Shown here: positions 8,689 through 18,347 of the stretch, one piece after another
How the letters are laid out: each line of letters starts with the position of its first letter
Position numbering within the stretch: the first letter of the stretch is position 1
Assembly: GCA_902559905.1 (NCBI GenBank)
Contig: CACEJV010000001.1
Span: 52,495 to 116,494 of the forward strand
Direction: 5' to 3'
Length of the DNA: 64,000 bases
DNA from: an uncultured Bacteroidota bacterium
GTDB taxonomy: Bacteria > Bacteroidota > Bacteroidia > Flavobacteriales > Flavobacteriaceae
Made by a program: the position numbers and the translations under genes
Notes under the pieces: model-generated
What the model was told of the DNA's origin: nothing
What the model saw: the letters and a program-made list of their open reading frames with translations, nothing else
The model's database searches: none

Positions 8689-10902
8689 ATGAAAAAAATA
8701 TTATACACCCTAACGTTAATTTCTTCATTATTACTAAACTCACAAAGTCAAGAACAAATTCAAACAAGAATTGATTCTATAACTGCATTAGATGAAGTAA
8801 TAATTAAAGCCAATACAATACTTGGAAATAAATTTGTTGCAAAGAATAGAACTGGAGCTGCATATTTTTTATCAACTGCTGAACTAGCTGAATTTAACTA
8901 TACAGATATTAATAGAGCATTAAGTAAGATTGCGGGAATAAATTTTTATGAAGAAGACGGATTTGGGCTTAGACCCAACATAAGCATTAGAGGTACTTCA
9001 CCTGAGAGAAGTTCAAAAATTGCAATAATGGAAGATGGTATTTTAATCTCACCAGCCCCCTACAGCGCTTCATCAGCTTATTATTTTCCATCAATAGCAA
9101 GAATGCAGGCTGTTGAAGTATTAAAAGGTAGTAGTCAGATTCAATATGGACCATATACAACTGGTGGAGCTATAAACTTTGTTTCAACTGAAATACCAGA
9201 ATCTTTTAAGGGAAAAATCACAACCAATTATGGTAGCTTTAACACAGGTCAAACTCATTCAACATTTGGGAATAGTTTCGATAATTTTGGATATATGGTT
9301 GAGTATTTAAATTATAATTCAGATGGGTTTAAAGCATTGGGTAATGACTTAAATACTGGATTTGATATAAATGAAATAACTTCAAAGATCAGGCTAAACA
9401 GTTCAGATCAATCATTAATATCTCAAAGCTTAGAATTTAAGTTTCATTATTATGATGAAATATCAAATGAAACTTATTTAGGTCTAACAGATGATGATTT
9501 TGATATTAATCCTTCATTAAGATATCCGGGTTCAGAAAAAGATAAAATGGATGCAGAACATACACAATATTTAATTACACATCAACTAAATCTATCTGAA
9601 AGATTTAAAATTACATCTAATTTTTACCATAATGGTTTTAAAAGAAATTGGTACAAACTAGATGATATAGTTTATAATGGAGATTCACAAAAAATTTCGA
9701 AGGTATTATCAAATCCAGATAAATATTCTGGACATATGTCACTTGTCAGAGGAGAGTTGAATGAAACCGATAATTCTTTAAAAGTAAAAGCAAATAATAG
9801 AGAATATGTGTCAAAAGGAATTCAAACAAAAATTGATTACCATTGGTATGGGAAAAATGATTCATTTAATGACCTAGAAATTGGTTTTAGATTTCATTAT
9901 GATGAAGAAGATAGATTTCAATGGGAAGATATATATAATATAAATAATGGGTTCATGTCACTTAGTAAATATGGAGATAAAGGATCGCAGGGCAATAGAA
10001 TAAGTTCTGCTAATTCATTTGCTTCTTATATAATGTATAAATACAAATTAAAAAGATTTACAATTACACCGGGAATAAGATATGAATCTATTGACTTAGA
10101 GAGAAATGATTACGGAAAATCAAATCCTCAAAGAAATAAAAATGAGGTTTCATATAGACAAAATAAGGTTTCAGTATTTATACCTGGATTTGGCCTAAAT
10201 TACAGCTTTAACAACAATGTTTCTATGTTTGGTGGATTACATAAAGGTTATTCACCTCCAGGAAGTTCAGAGGGGCAGAAAGCTGAAGAAAGCATTAATA
10301 TTGAAATTGGAACTAGACTTTCATATAAAAAATTCAATTCAGAATTAATTTTTTATCAAAACAACTACACTAACTTATTGGGTAATGATTTAGCAGCAAC
10401 AGGTGGTTTTGGGGAGCTAGATCCATTTAATGCTGGTAAAGCTTTAGTAAATGGACTTGAATTTTTATTGAGAACAAGTTTATTAGAAAACAATGAAGTT
10501 TCTGTTCCTTTTTCGCTTTCCTATACTCTTACAAATGCAAAATTTCTAAGCGATTTTGGAAGTACCCAAGATATCTGGGGAGAAGTTAGTAATGGTGATA
10601 GGATTCCATATATACCTAAACATCAATTAAATTCTTCAATCAGCTTTCAAGCTGATAAATATGAAATTAATTTAAGCGGAAATTATAATGGTAAATTTTC
10701 AACTATTGCAAATGGTTCAATTGAGATACCCTCATATTTAATTTTTGACATATCCTTTAGATATAACTTAAGTTCAGATATTACATTTAGATCAAAAATA
10801 TTAAACCTTTTTGATAAAGATTATGCAGTTTCTAGAGCTCCTGCTGGATTAAGACCAGGTCATCCCTTTGGAATTTATGCTGGATTTGAATATCGATTTT
10901 AG
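8689..10902 (+). CDS. TonB-dependent outer-membrane receptor (iron-complex type by context)
   Basis: Signal peptide, plug motifs (LDEVIIKAN, GLRPNISIRG, VEVLKGSSQIQYGPYTTGGAINFVS), long beta-barrel, C-terminal GFEYRF. Confidence 0.9.
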   Translation: MKKILYTLTLISSLLLNSQSQEQIQTRIDSITALDEVIIKANTILGNKFVAKNRTGAAYFLSTAELAEFNYTDINRALSKIAGINFYEEDGFGLRPNISIRGTSPERSSKIAIMEDGILISPAPYSASSAYYFPSIARMQAVEVLKGSSQIQYGPYTTGGAINFVSTEIPESFKGKITTNYGSFNTGQTHSTFGNSFDNFGYMVEYLNYNSDGFKALGNDLNTGFDINEITSKIRLNSSDQSLISQSLEFKFHYYDEISNETYLGLTDDDFDINPSLRYPGSEKDKMDAEHTQYLITHQLNLSERFKITSNFYHNGFKRNWYKLDDIVYNGDSQKISKVLSNPDKYSGHMSLVRGELNETDNSLKVKANNREYVSKGIQTKIDYHWYGKNDSFNDLEIGFRFHYDEEDRFQWEDIYNINNGFMSLSKYGDKGSQGNRISSANSFASYIMYKYKLKRFTITPGIRYESIDLERNDYGKSNPQRNKNEVSYRQNKVSVFIPGFGLNYSFNNNVSMFGGLHKGYSPPGSSEGQKAEESINIEIGTRLSYKKFNSELIFYQNNYTNLLGNDLAATGGFGELDPFNAGKALVNGLEFLLRTSLLENNEVSVPFSLSYTLTNAKFLSDFGSTQDIWGEVSNGDRIPYIPKHQLNSSISFQADKYEINLSGNYNGKFSTIANGSIEIPSYLIFDISFRYNLSSDITFRSKILNLFDKDYAVSRAPAGLRPGHPFGIYAGFEYRF

Positions 10903-10941
10903 TTTTTTATGAATTAAAATTTCTTTTACTTTTGATTTATT

Positions 10942-11337
10942 ATGAATCAAGAAAATGAAATTATTATCTATGATGGAATCTGTGTTCTTTGTAATTTCTT
11001 TATGCGTTTTATACTAAAAAAAGACAAGAGTTTAAATTTTAAAGCAACTACTTTGCAAAGCAATTATACAATAAAAAACTATCCTCAAGTTACTAAAGTA
11101 GACTCTGTAGCTTTAATTCTCAAAAATGGTGATATTTTACAAAAAAGTAAAGCTGTTTATTACATTCTAAAAAAAGTAAAAACATTATTTTTAATCAGAG
11201 TTCTAATTTTCATACTACCCTCGTTTTTTTCTGATTTAGTTTATGACCTAGTTGCTAAAACTAGATATATGATTTTTGGCAGATATGATTCATGTCCTGC
11301 ATTAGAAGATAATTTAAATTCAAGGATAATTGAATAA
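10942..11337 (+). CDS. DCC-family thiol-disulfide oxidoreductase (DUF393)
   Basis: N-terminal IIYDGICVLCNFF matches the DGxCxxC motif of DCC1-like proteins. Size is 131 aa. Confidence 0.75.
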   Translation: MNQENEIIIYDGICVLCNFFMRFILKKDKSLNFKATTLQSNYTIKNYPQVTKVDSVALILKNGDILQKSKAVYYILKKVKTLFLIRVLIFILPSFFSDLVYDLVAKTRYMIFGRYDSCPALEDNLNSRIIE

Positions 11338-11343
11338 AAAATC

Positions 11344-11421
11344 TAAGGAACCTATATTGATATTTTATATTAACGATTTTTTAACAAATTCAATAAAATA
11401 AGGAACTTTCAGCTATATTTT
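11344..11421 (+). promoter_or_regulatory. pair of direct repeats TAAGGAAC-N8-ATATTTT (11344-11366 and 11399-11421), candidate activator sites
   Basis: Read from the sequence. The repeats start 55 bp apart. The second ends about 39 bp upstream of the -7 box at 11460. An AraC-family regulator is encoded at the end of this gene cluster. Confidence 0.25.
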
Positions 11422-11459
11422 TAAAACCTTAAATGTTATTATTATGAACTTTATGACAT

Positions 11460-11467
11460 TACATTTG
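11460..11467 (+). promoter_or_regulatory. candidate -7 promoter box (TACATTTG)
   Basis: TAnnTTTG match 17 nt upstream of the TTG start at 11484. Confidence 0.4.
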
Positions 11468-11483
11468 CATTTCAAAAAATTAC

Positions 11484-13550
11484 TTGTTGAGAACTCTAAA
11501 ACTGTCACTTCTCGTTATTTGTGTTTGCTTTTTTCAAATACTTAAAGCACAACAGACTTATGATACTCTTAATACCAACATTCTGGATGAAGTAATTATC
11601 TCTGCTACGAAAACTTTAAGGCAACTTTCGACCTTGCCACTTCCAGCCAAACTTATTTCAAAAGAAGAAATAATAAAGAGTAACTCAAGCAGTCTAACGG
11701 AGATTTTAGATGATCAAATTGGAATTTTTATAGTTCCTGATTTTGGAGGAAGTAATGGAGTTCAAATGCAAGGGCTAGATTCTGAATATACATTGTTATT
11801 GATTGATGGCTACCCATTAATTGGAAGACAATCAGGAACTCTTGATTTAGATAGGATATCTGTTGGAAATATTGAAAAAATTGAGATTATCAAAGGCAGC
11901 TCATCAAGCTTATATGGTACTGATGCAATTGGTGGAGTTATTAATTTAATCACATCTGAAGCACAAAAAGACCTATCATTTAATTCTAGCTATAAATATT
12001 CATCATACAACACAAATGATCTATCGTTAAATCTTGGAACAATTGTTAATGATAATCATCGGTTTAATGTTTATTTAAATTCTCTTAGCAGTGATGGATA
12101 CGACCTTATAGAAAATGATCTTATGAATACTGTTGAGCCATACAAAAGGTATACAGGATTCATTAGATATAATTATAATAACAAGAAATGGACAGTTTTC
12201 TCATCCATTAGAGGATATATAGAGAATCAAGACTTTAAATTGAACGATAATATTTATGGTGATAACATTACCAATGAATTTAGCTTAAATACCTCAATTA
12301 AATATTCAAGTAATGATAAGCTCATGGTAATTATAGATAATTATTTTACTAATTATAAGAATGATGAAGAATTGAAGTCTAATAATTTTAACTATGAAGA
12401 GTCATTTTTTGATCAATCACTTTACAAAGCAGAGCTAAGATCAATTTTTGATATAAACGAAGAAAATAAACTAATATTTGGTATTGGCTATAGTAATGAA
12501 TCATTAAGCAGAAATAATTTTTTTGATACTAATGTTTCTCAAAATTCAACAAATTACTTCATTCAGTATGAAGGCTTTGTCTTTGAAAATACGAATTATA
12601 TTTTTGGAGCCAGATTCGATAAGCATAAACAGTATCAGTCTGTATTTAGCCCAAGAGCTGCATTAAGAACTAAATTAAATGATAATATTTCAATTAAATT
12701 ATCTTTTGGGAAAGGTTTTAAAACCCCTGACTTTAGACAATTATATTTCAACTTTTCCAATTCAACATCTGGATATTCAGTAATTGGATTTAATGCTGCT
12801 AAAGAAATAATATCTAATCTTCAAGATTTAAATCAAATTGCAAATTTGATAATTTCTGAAGAGGAATTTAATGGAAACCTAAAACCTGAAACATCATTAA
12901 GCTTCAATCTAGGTTTGAATTATAAACCAAATAATAGAATCAATGTTGATATAAATTTATTTAGAAATCAAATTAAAAATCTTATTGATTACAAAATAAT
13001 TGCCACAAAAATCAATGGCCAAAATATTTTTAGCTATTACAATCTAAATAAAGTTTACACCCAAGGTCTAGAGGTAAATTCAACATTTAAGTTAAAAGAT
13101 AATATCGATTTTGCCATAGGCTATCAGTATCTTGACGCAAAGGATAATGATGCAGTAAATAGAATTGAAAATGGTGAGGTTTATGCAAGAATTAGTCCAA
13201 GAAGTTCTTCTTTTAGAATTGAATCAAATGATTATTTTGGATTATACAATCGTTCAAAACATAACATAAATTCAAAGATTACTATATCTTCAAAAAATAA
13301 TTTTCAAATCTATTTTAAGTCAAAATATAGAAGTAGATATGGCTTAATGGATAATAATGGGAATGATATTCTAGATAATTATGATCAATTTGTCAATCCT
13401 TTCATAATATCTGATTTGTCAATCTCCAAAAAAATTAAAAACTACACTTTCACTCTGGGATCAGATAACTTATTTGATTATTCAGATCCTCAAAATTTAC
13501 CGAATAACCCAGGGAGAATAGTTTATTCAAAAATTATAATATCAATTTAA
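11484..13550 (+). CDS. TonB-dependent outer-membrane receptor (HmuR-like heme/iron receptor by context)
   Basis: TTG start with a good signal peptide (LLVICVCFFQILKAQQ). Plug motifs LDEVIISATK and IEIIKGSSSSLYGTDAIGGVINLIT. Followed 20 nt later by an HmuY-family gene. Confidence 0.88.
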   Translation: MLRTLKLSLLVICVCFFQILKAQQTYDTLNTNILDEVIISATKTLRQLSTLPLPAKLISKEEIIKSNSSSLTEILDDQIGIFIVPDFGGSNGVQMQGLDSEYTLLLIDGYPLIGRQSGTLDLDRISVGNIEKIEIIKGSSSSLYGTDAIGGVINLITSEAQKDLSFNSSYKYSSYNTNDLSLNLGTIVNDNHRFNVYLNSLSSDGYDLIENDLMNTVEPYKRYTGFIRYNYNNKKWTVFSSIRGYIENQDFKLNDNIYGDNITNEFSLNTSIKYSSNDKLMVIIDNYFTNYKNDEELKSNNFNYEESFFDQSLYKAELRSIFDINEENKLIFGIGYSNESLSRNNFFDTNVSQNSTNYFIQYEGFVFENTNYIFGARFDKHKQYQSVFSPRAALRTKLNDNISIKLSFGKGFKTPDFRQLYFNFSNSTSGYSVIGFNAAKEIISNLQDLNQIANLIISEEEFNGNLKPETSLSFNLGLNYKPNNRINVDINLFRNQIKNLIDYKIIATKINGQNIFSYYNLNKVYTQGLEVNSTFKLKDNIDFAIGYQYLDAKDNDAVNRIENGEVYARISPRSSSFRIESNDYFGLYNRSKHNINSKITISSKNNFQIYFKSKYRSRYGLMDNNGNDILDNYDQFVNPFIISDLSISKKIKNYTFTLGSDNLFDYSDPQNLPNNPGRIVYSKIIISI

Positions 13551-13569
13551 ACAATCAAATCTTAAAATT

Positions 13570-14208
13570 ATGAGAAAAACAATTACCTATATTACTTTAT
13601 TATCACTAATACTTTCATCATGTAGTAAAGATGATGAAGTTCAGCTTTTAGATATTGTATCCGAAAGTTTTGAAAATCTTTATGCTCCTCAAAATGGAGG
13701 AGTTAATCCTAGAACTGGTCAGTTTACACCAATATCGGGCGAATTCACAAAATTCAATTTTTCATCCGGACAAATCACAACTAGTGAAACAGATTGGGAT
13801 GTTGCATTTAGAGGAACTGATATAATTGTTAACGGAGGCGAATCTCTTGGAACCATAGATGAACCTTCTAGAACAGGAAACGCTGCAGTATATATTGCAA
13901 GTGGGACTATGTTATCAGTTGTCGATGTTGATTTACAATCACTAAGTCAAGACTCCACATCTGGATATGCAATTCCATCTGGAGGAGGTAATGGATGGTA
14001 TACATATCAAGGACCTCCTGTTAATATAATCTCTCCAACACCAGGAAAAATATTAGTATTTAGAACTTTTGATGGTAAATATGCTAAAATGGAGATTTTA
14101 AGTTATTACAAAGATGCACCTGAAAGCCCTGACGCATTCACAGATGAGTCTAGATATTATACATTCAATTATGAATATCAGCCCAATGAGGGGATAACAA
14201 ATTTCTAA
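13570..14208 (+). CDS. HmuY-family lipoprotein (putative surface hemophore-like partner of the upstream receptor)
   Basis: Lipobox LSSCSKDDE. Three blocks align with my memory of P. gingivalis HmuY. FTKFNFSSGQITTSETDWDVAFRGTDIIVNGGES matches W.YFSF..G...DWDMALHRYDVRLNCGES. KILVFRTFDGKYAKMEILSYY matches RVFFVRGADGNIAKVQFTDY. YTFNYEYQ matches ITFTYTY. Confidence 0.72.
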   Translation: MRKTITYITLLSLILSSCSKDDEVQLLDIVSESFENLYAPQNGGVNPRTGQFTPISGEFTKFNFSSGQITTSETDWDVAFRGTDIIVNGGESLGTIDEPSRTGNAAVYIASGTMLSVVDVDLQSLSQDSTSGYAIPSGGGNGWYTYQGPPVNIISPTPGKILVFRTFDGKYAKMEILSYYKDAPESPDAFTDESRYYTFNYEYQPNEGITNF

Positions 14209-14225
14209 ACCAATTTGTTTAAAAA

Positions 14226-14260
14226 AGTATATCCATGGTAAAGGTGGATATACTTTTTTT
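14226..14260. terminator. bidirectional intrinsic terminator
   Basis: Perfect 10-bp stem AGTATATCCA/TGGATATACT with a 9-nt loop. An A-tract precedes it and a T-tract follows. It lies between convergent genes. Confidence 0.65.
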
Positions 14261-14265
14261 ATTAT

Positions 14266-15111
14266 TTAGTTTAGATATTTCTTTGGTGTGATACCAAATC
14301 TTTTTTTGAATGCACTAATAAAGTGACTAGCTGAGGAATAGCCTAAGTGTTGTGAAACTTCATTCACATTATAATTTTTACTTGATAACATTTGACTAGC
14401 TTTTGTCATTTTATATTCAGATAGAAAACCATAGACAGTATTTCCATACACTTGCTTAAACCCTGTTTTTAAATTTTTCAAAGGAATTTCAACTTTGGCA
14501 GCTAATTCATTTAATCCAGGTGGGTTATCAATATTTTGAAGAATAATTTCTTTAGCTCTTTTGATCTTGGCAATATTCTTATCATCAGCAAGAAATGGGC
14601 ATTGATCTAGATCAAATTCATTAGATGTATTATATAGAATACTTAAAAGCTCTAAAACCTTTCCATTAAAATATATTTTTTTGATATTATTATTTAGATT
14701 TTCATTTAAAATTTGATTTAATACAGTCAATGTTTTATTTGGAATAGAATCCTCTTTATAATATTTTTTATTAAGGTTATCATCTGAAATGAAAGAGATA
14801 GAACTTGCTGAATCAGAAAAGAGACTATGAAATTTATTAATGGAAATTAATAAGCTCACTAGTTTAGTTTTTGGAGAAATTTTACAATTAATTGGTATAT
14901 TTTTTGAAGGATTATAAAGAGTCAAAAACTTATTACTGTCTAAATTTAATTTATATGAGTCATTGTTGTAGCTAAATGAAGCATTACCATCTATGCAGAA
15001 ATGAAATTGAATATATTTTAAATCTACATCTAAGAAAAAATTACCAGAATTATCATCAATTTTAGATGTATAACACAAAGTTATTTCTTTATCTATATTC
15101 TCAATAATCAT
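14266..15111 (-). CDS. AraC-family transcriptional regulator
   Basis: C-terminal double HTH (NELAAKVEIPLKNLKTGFKQVYG ... VSQHLGYSSASHFISAFKKRFGITPKKY) with an N-terminal ligand/cupin-like domain. Confidence 0.9.
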   Translation of the reverse strand: MIIENIDKEITLCYTSKIDDNSGNFFLDVDLKYIQFHFCIDGNASFSYNNDSYKLNLDSNKFLTLYNPSKNIPINCKISPKTKLVSLLISINKFHSLFSDSASSISFISDDNLNKKYYKEDSIPNKTLTVLNQILNENLNNNIKKIYFNGKVLELLSILYNTSNEFDLDQCPFLADDKNIAKIKRAKEIILQNIDNPPGLNELAAKVEIPLKNLKTGFKQVYGNTVYGFLSEYKMTKASQMLSSKNYNVNEVSQHLGYSSASHFISAFKKRFGITPKKYLN

Positions 15112-15133
15112 AATAGATTCTCAATACTTTATA

Positions 15134-15141
15134 CAAATATA
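15134..15141 (-). promoter_or_regulatory. candidate -7 promoter box (TATATTTG on the minus strand)
   Basis: Plus strand CAAATATA, 22 nt upstream of the AraC-family start. Confidence 0.35.
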
Positions 15142-15187
15142 AAACTGAAAAATTACATATAGAATTTATTTCATTAAATTAGCCTAT

Positions 15188-16459
15188 ATGGATGTTGGAT
15201 CGATTTTAATTGTACTCCCTTTATTAATAATATTTTCATACTTGTTTGATATTTTTGCAAGGAGGACAAAATTTCCATCAGTAATCCTACTTGTTCTAAC
15301 GGGTATAATATTAAGGTTTTTTTCCTCATACTCCGGTTACAACAATTTTGAGTTTCTTGATAGTCTTGTTCCCGTTTTAGGCACAATAGGATTAATCTTA
15401 ATTGTTCTTGAGGCTGCACTGGAATTAGAAATAAAGAAAGAAAAAGCACAGATTATAGTTAAAGGGTTTTTAGCTGCGTTGGTTATCCTTGTTATCAATA
15501 TTGTGCTAGTAAGTATTTTCTTCAATCAAGTTATAGGATTAGAATATTCGACATCTGTTATATATGCTATTCCTTTATCAATAATTAGTAGCGCAGTAGC
15601 AATTCCATCAGCAACTGGACTAATAACTAACAATAAGGAGTTTGTTGTTTATGAATCTACATTCTCAGATATTCTGGGTATTATGATTTTTTACTATTGT
15701 ATTAGACAGGCAGAGAAGGGAGAGGCATTTATCGGACTTGAACCAATCTTTACATTAATAGGACAGATTTTCTTAATTATAGGTATTTCAATTGTTATAA
15801 CATATCTTTTATTTCAATTGATACAAAGAATTGAGCATCATGTAAAATTTTTTCTAATTCTAGCGTTATTAATCCTAGCTTATGAGATTGGAAAAGATTT
15901 TTTAAAACTTCCATCATTAGTCCTAATATTTATTTTTGGAATTTTTCTTTCGAATTTTACAAATCTTATTCCAAAGAGTTTAAAAAAATATATCAAAACT
16001 GATGATATTAAAAAGTCTGACTTACACGAATTCCATTTATTGACTGCTGAATCAACATTCTTAGTCAGAACCTTCTTCTTTTTATTCTTTGGTTTTTCAA
16101 TTCCTCTTGAGAGTTTTGTTGAGTTTGAACCATATATAATTGGTGCAACTGTTTTGCTGATTATGTATGGTGTTAGATATTTTTATTTGGCCCTTGTACT
16201 AAAAGATGAGGAATCTAAACCTCTTCTTTACTTTTCACCTAGGGGTTTAATAACCATACTTTTATTCTTAAGTATATCTGATTATGATATTCAAAAGAGC
16301 AATATTGTTGATGAAAAAGTACTACTAGTAATTATTATTGCTTCAATGCTAATAATGATTCAAGGGTCTATTAAGAGGATAAAGAAAGAAGATGAAGAAT
16401 CTAATGAACCCCAACAATCTTTATCTGAAATAGTCGACTCACAAATTGACAAAAAATGA
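15188..16459 (+). CDS. cation:proton antiporter (Na+/H+ exchanger, CPA1-like)
   Basis: 423 aa with about 11-12 TM helices and an acidic hydrophilic tail. Confidence 0.8.
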   Translation: MDVGSILIVLPLLIIFSYLFDIFARRTKFPSVILLVLTGIILRFFSSYSGYNNFEFLDSLVPVLGTIGLILIVLEAALELEIKKEKAQIIVKGFLAALVILVINIVLVSIFFNQVIGLEYSTSVIYAIPLSIISSAVAIPSATGLITNNKEFVVYESTFSDILGIMIFYYCIRQAEKGEAFIGLEPIFTLIGQIFLIIGISIVITYLLFQLIQRIEHHVKFFLILALLILAYEIGKDFLKLPSLVLIFIFGIFLSNFTNLIPKSLKKYIKTDDIKKSDLHEFHLLTAESTFLVRTFFFLFFGFSIPLESFVEFEPYIIGATVLLIMYGVRYFYLALVLKDEESKPLLYFSPRGLITILLFLSISDYDIQKSNIVDEKVLLVIIIASMLIMIQGSIKRIKKEDEESNEPQQSLSEIVDSQIDKK

Positions 16460-17589
16460 AAAAAATAAAAATTTTAGTAATAACTATAGCGGCATTATTT
16501 GCAGTTGTTTATACTCTAAATCTAGAGTATTTTGCAAGGGGTATTCGAATTGTATACTTAAATCTGGAAACCACAGTATTTATAGACGACTTGAAATATT
16601 TTGATTATGAGACGATTAAATCTCCATTAGAAAAATCTCCATGGGCAGAGAGTGAGGATAAGACAACTAATTTTTCTACAGAGTTTGAGAACTATAATAA
16701 AAAAATGAGGACTGCTGCCTATATTGTTATTCATAATGATACGATTATAGGCGAGAAATATTATGAAGATTATTCAGTTAACTCATCAACTAATTCTTTT
16801 TCAATGGCAAAAACCCCTGTATCATTAATGATGGCAAAGGCCTTTGAGCAAGGTTATATTAATAGTCTTGAAGATAAAGTGATTGACTACATTCCTGAAC
16901 TAAAGGGAGAATTTGCTAATGATGTCAAAATTATTGATCTAGCTGCTATGACCTCAGGTATAGATTGGGATGAAGGTACATCAAATCCTTTTAGTCCCGT
17001 TGCAAAACAGTACTTCTATGAAGATCTTGATAAATTGATGTTAGAACAGAAATTTATTGATGAGCCAAGTAAAACCTATAAATATTCAAGTGGTAATACC
17101 CAAATATTATCCATGGTTATTGAAAAAGCAACTGGTATGAAAACAAATGATTATTTTGAAAAAGAATTCTGGTCAAAAATTAATCCAGATAATGATGCAT
17201 ATTGGCAAACAGACAGTAAAGAATCAGGAAATGTAAAGTCATTCTGTTGTCTACATTCAAATGCAAGAGATTTTTCTAGACTAGGTAAACTATACATTGA
17301 TAATGGGAGTTGGAACGGAAGTCAGATTATTGATTCAACATTTATTCAAAAATCTACAAAGCCATATTTAGATAATTTTAGAGAATATGGCATTGGAGTT
17401 TGGCTATCTAATTATAAGGATTTAAAAATTTCTCTGATGAGTGGTCACCAGGGACAATATGTAATTATGATTCCCGAAAAAAAATTAATAATTACAAGGC
17501 TAGGAGAAAGAGATGTTGATCTTGGAAGGGCTGGAGTTTCACCAGACGTACTTGTATATATTGATGAAGCCTTAAAGCTAATTAACTAA
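16456..17589 (+). CDS. serine hydrolase, beta-lactamase/PBP4-like fold
   Basis: N-terminal anchor, S-x-x-K motif FSMAKT, family-typical YSSGNTQIL. Its ATGA overlaps the antiporter stop. Confidence 0.78.
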   Translation: MKKIKILVITIAALFAVVYTLNLEYFARGIRIVYLNLETTVFIDDLKYFDYETIKSPLEKSPWAESEDKTTNFSTEFENYNKKMRTAAYIVIHNDTIIGEKYYEDYSVNSSTNSFSMAKTPVSLMMAKAFEQGYINSLEDKVIDYIPELKGEFANDVKIIDLAAMTSGIDWDEGTSNPFSPVAKQYFYEDLDKLMLEQKFIDEPSKTYKYSSGNTQILSMVIEKATGMKTNDYFEKEFWSKINPDNDAYWQTDSKESGNVKSFCCLHSNARDFSRLGKLYIDNGSWNGSQIIDSTFIQKSTKPYLDNFREYGIGVWLSNYKDLKISLMSGHQGQYVIMIPEKKLIITRLGERDVDLGRAGVSPDVLVYIDEALKLIN

Positions 17590-18347
17590 AGAGATAGTTC
17601 AAGTTTTATTGGGCAATGATCAGAGTGGTAAACATCACTTAAAATTGATGCATTAACTATACTTTTCTCAATTGATTTTGATACTATGTTATAGTCAATT
17701 CTCCACCCCTTATTATTTGCTCTTGAATTTGCTCTGTAACTCCACCAACTATATTGATGCGGTGATGAGTTTACAAAACGAAATGTATCAATAAATCTTT
17801 CTCCAATAAAACTATCTAGCCATTCTCTTTCTTCTGGCAAAAACCCTGAGACGTTCTTATTTCTAATAGGGTCATGAATATCAATAGCTTTATGACAAAT
17901 ATTATAATCGCCACAAATAACTAAATTTTTAATTTCATCATTTAATTGATAAATGTAATCTTTAAAGTCATCCATGAATTTAAACTTAAAATCAAGTCTG
18001 TCTAAATTTGTTCCTGATGGAAGATATAAACTTATGATAGATACCTTATCAAAATCAAGTCTAATGAGTCTTCCCTCAAAATCCATATAGTCTATTCCTG
18101 AACCATATTCAACATGATTAGGTTTTTGTTTTGAAAATATTGCAACGCCACTATAGCCCTTTTTTTGAGCTGAAAACCAGAATGTGTTATATCCTAAGTT
18201 TTCAATTTCAGAAACCTCAACTTGTTCTTTATTTGCTTTTATTTCTTGAAGACATATGACATCAGGAGATTCTCTTTTTAGCCAGTCAACAAATCCTTTA
18301 TTTATTGCGGCTCTTATGCCATTTACGTTATAACTAATAATATTCAA
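17586..18347 (-). CDS. xth: exodeoxyribonuclease III (AP endonuclease)
   Basis: SYNVNGIRA, ICLQEIK, GDYNICH, SDHCPI. Confidence 0.93.
   Translation of the reverse strand: MNIISYNVNGIRAAINKGFVDWLKRESPDVICLQEIKANKEQVEVSEIENLGYNTFWFSAQKKGYSGVAIFSKQKPNHVEYGSGIDYMDFEGRLIRLDFDKVSIISLYLPSGTNLDRLDFKFKFMDDFKDYIYQLNDEIKNLVICGDYNICHKAIDIHDPIRNKNVSGFLPEEREWLDSFIGERFIDTFRFVNSSPHQYSWWSYRANSRANNKGWRIDYNIVSKSIEKSIVNASILSDVYHSDHCPIKLELSL

Noticed and set aside
11338-11483. Possible cobalamin or other riboswitch upstream of the second TonB-dependent receptor
   Set aside because: The region is extremely AT-rich and has no B12-box or conserved stems. Only short direct repeats are present.
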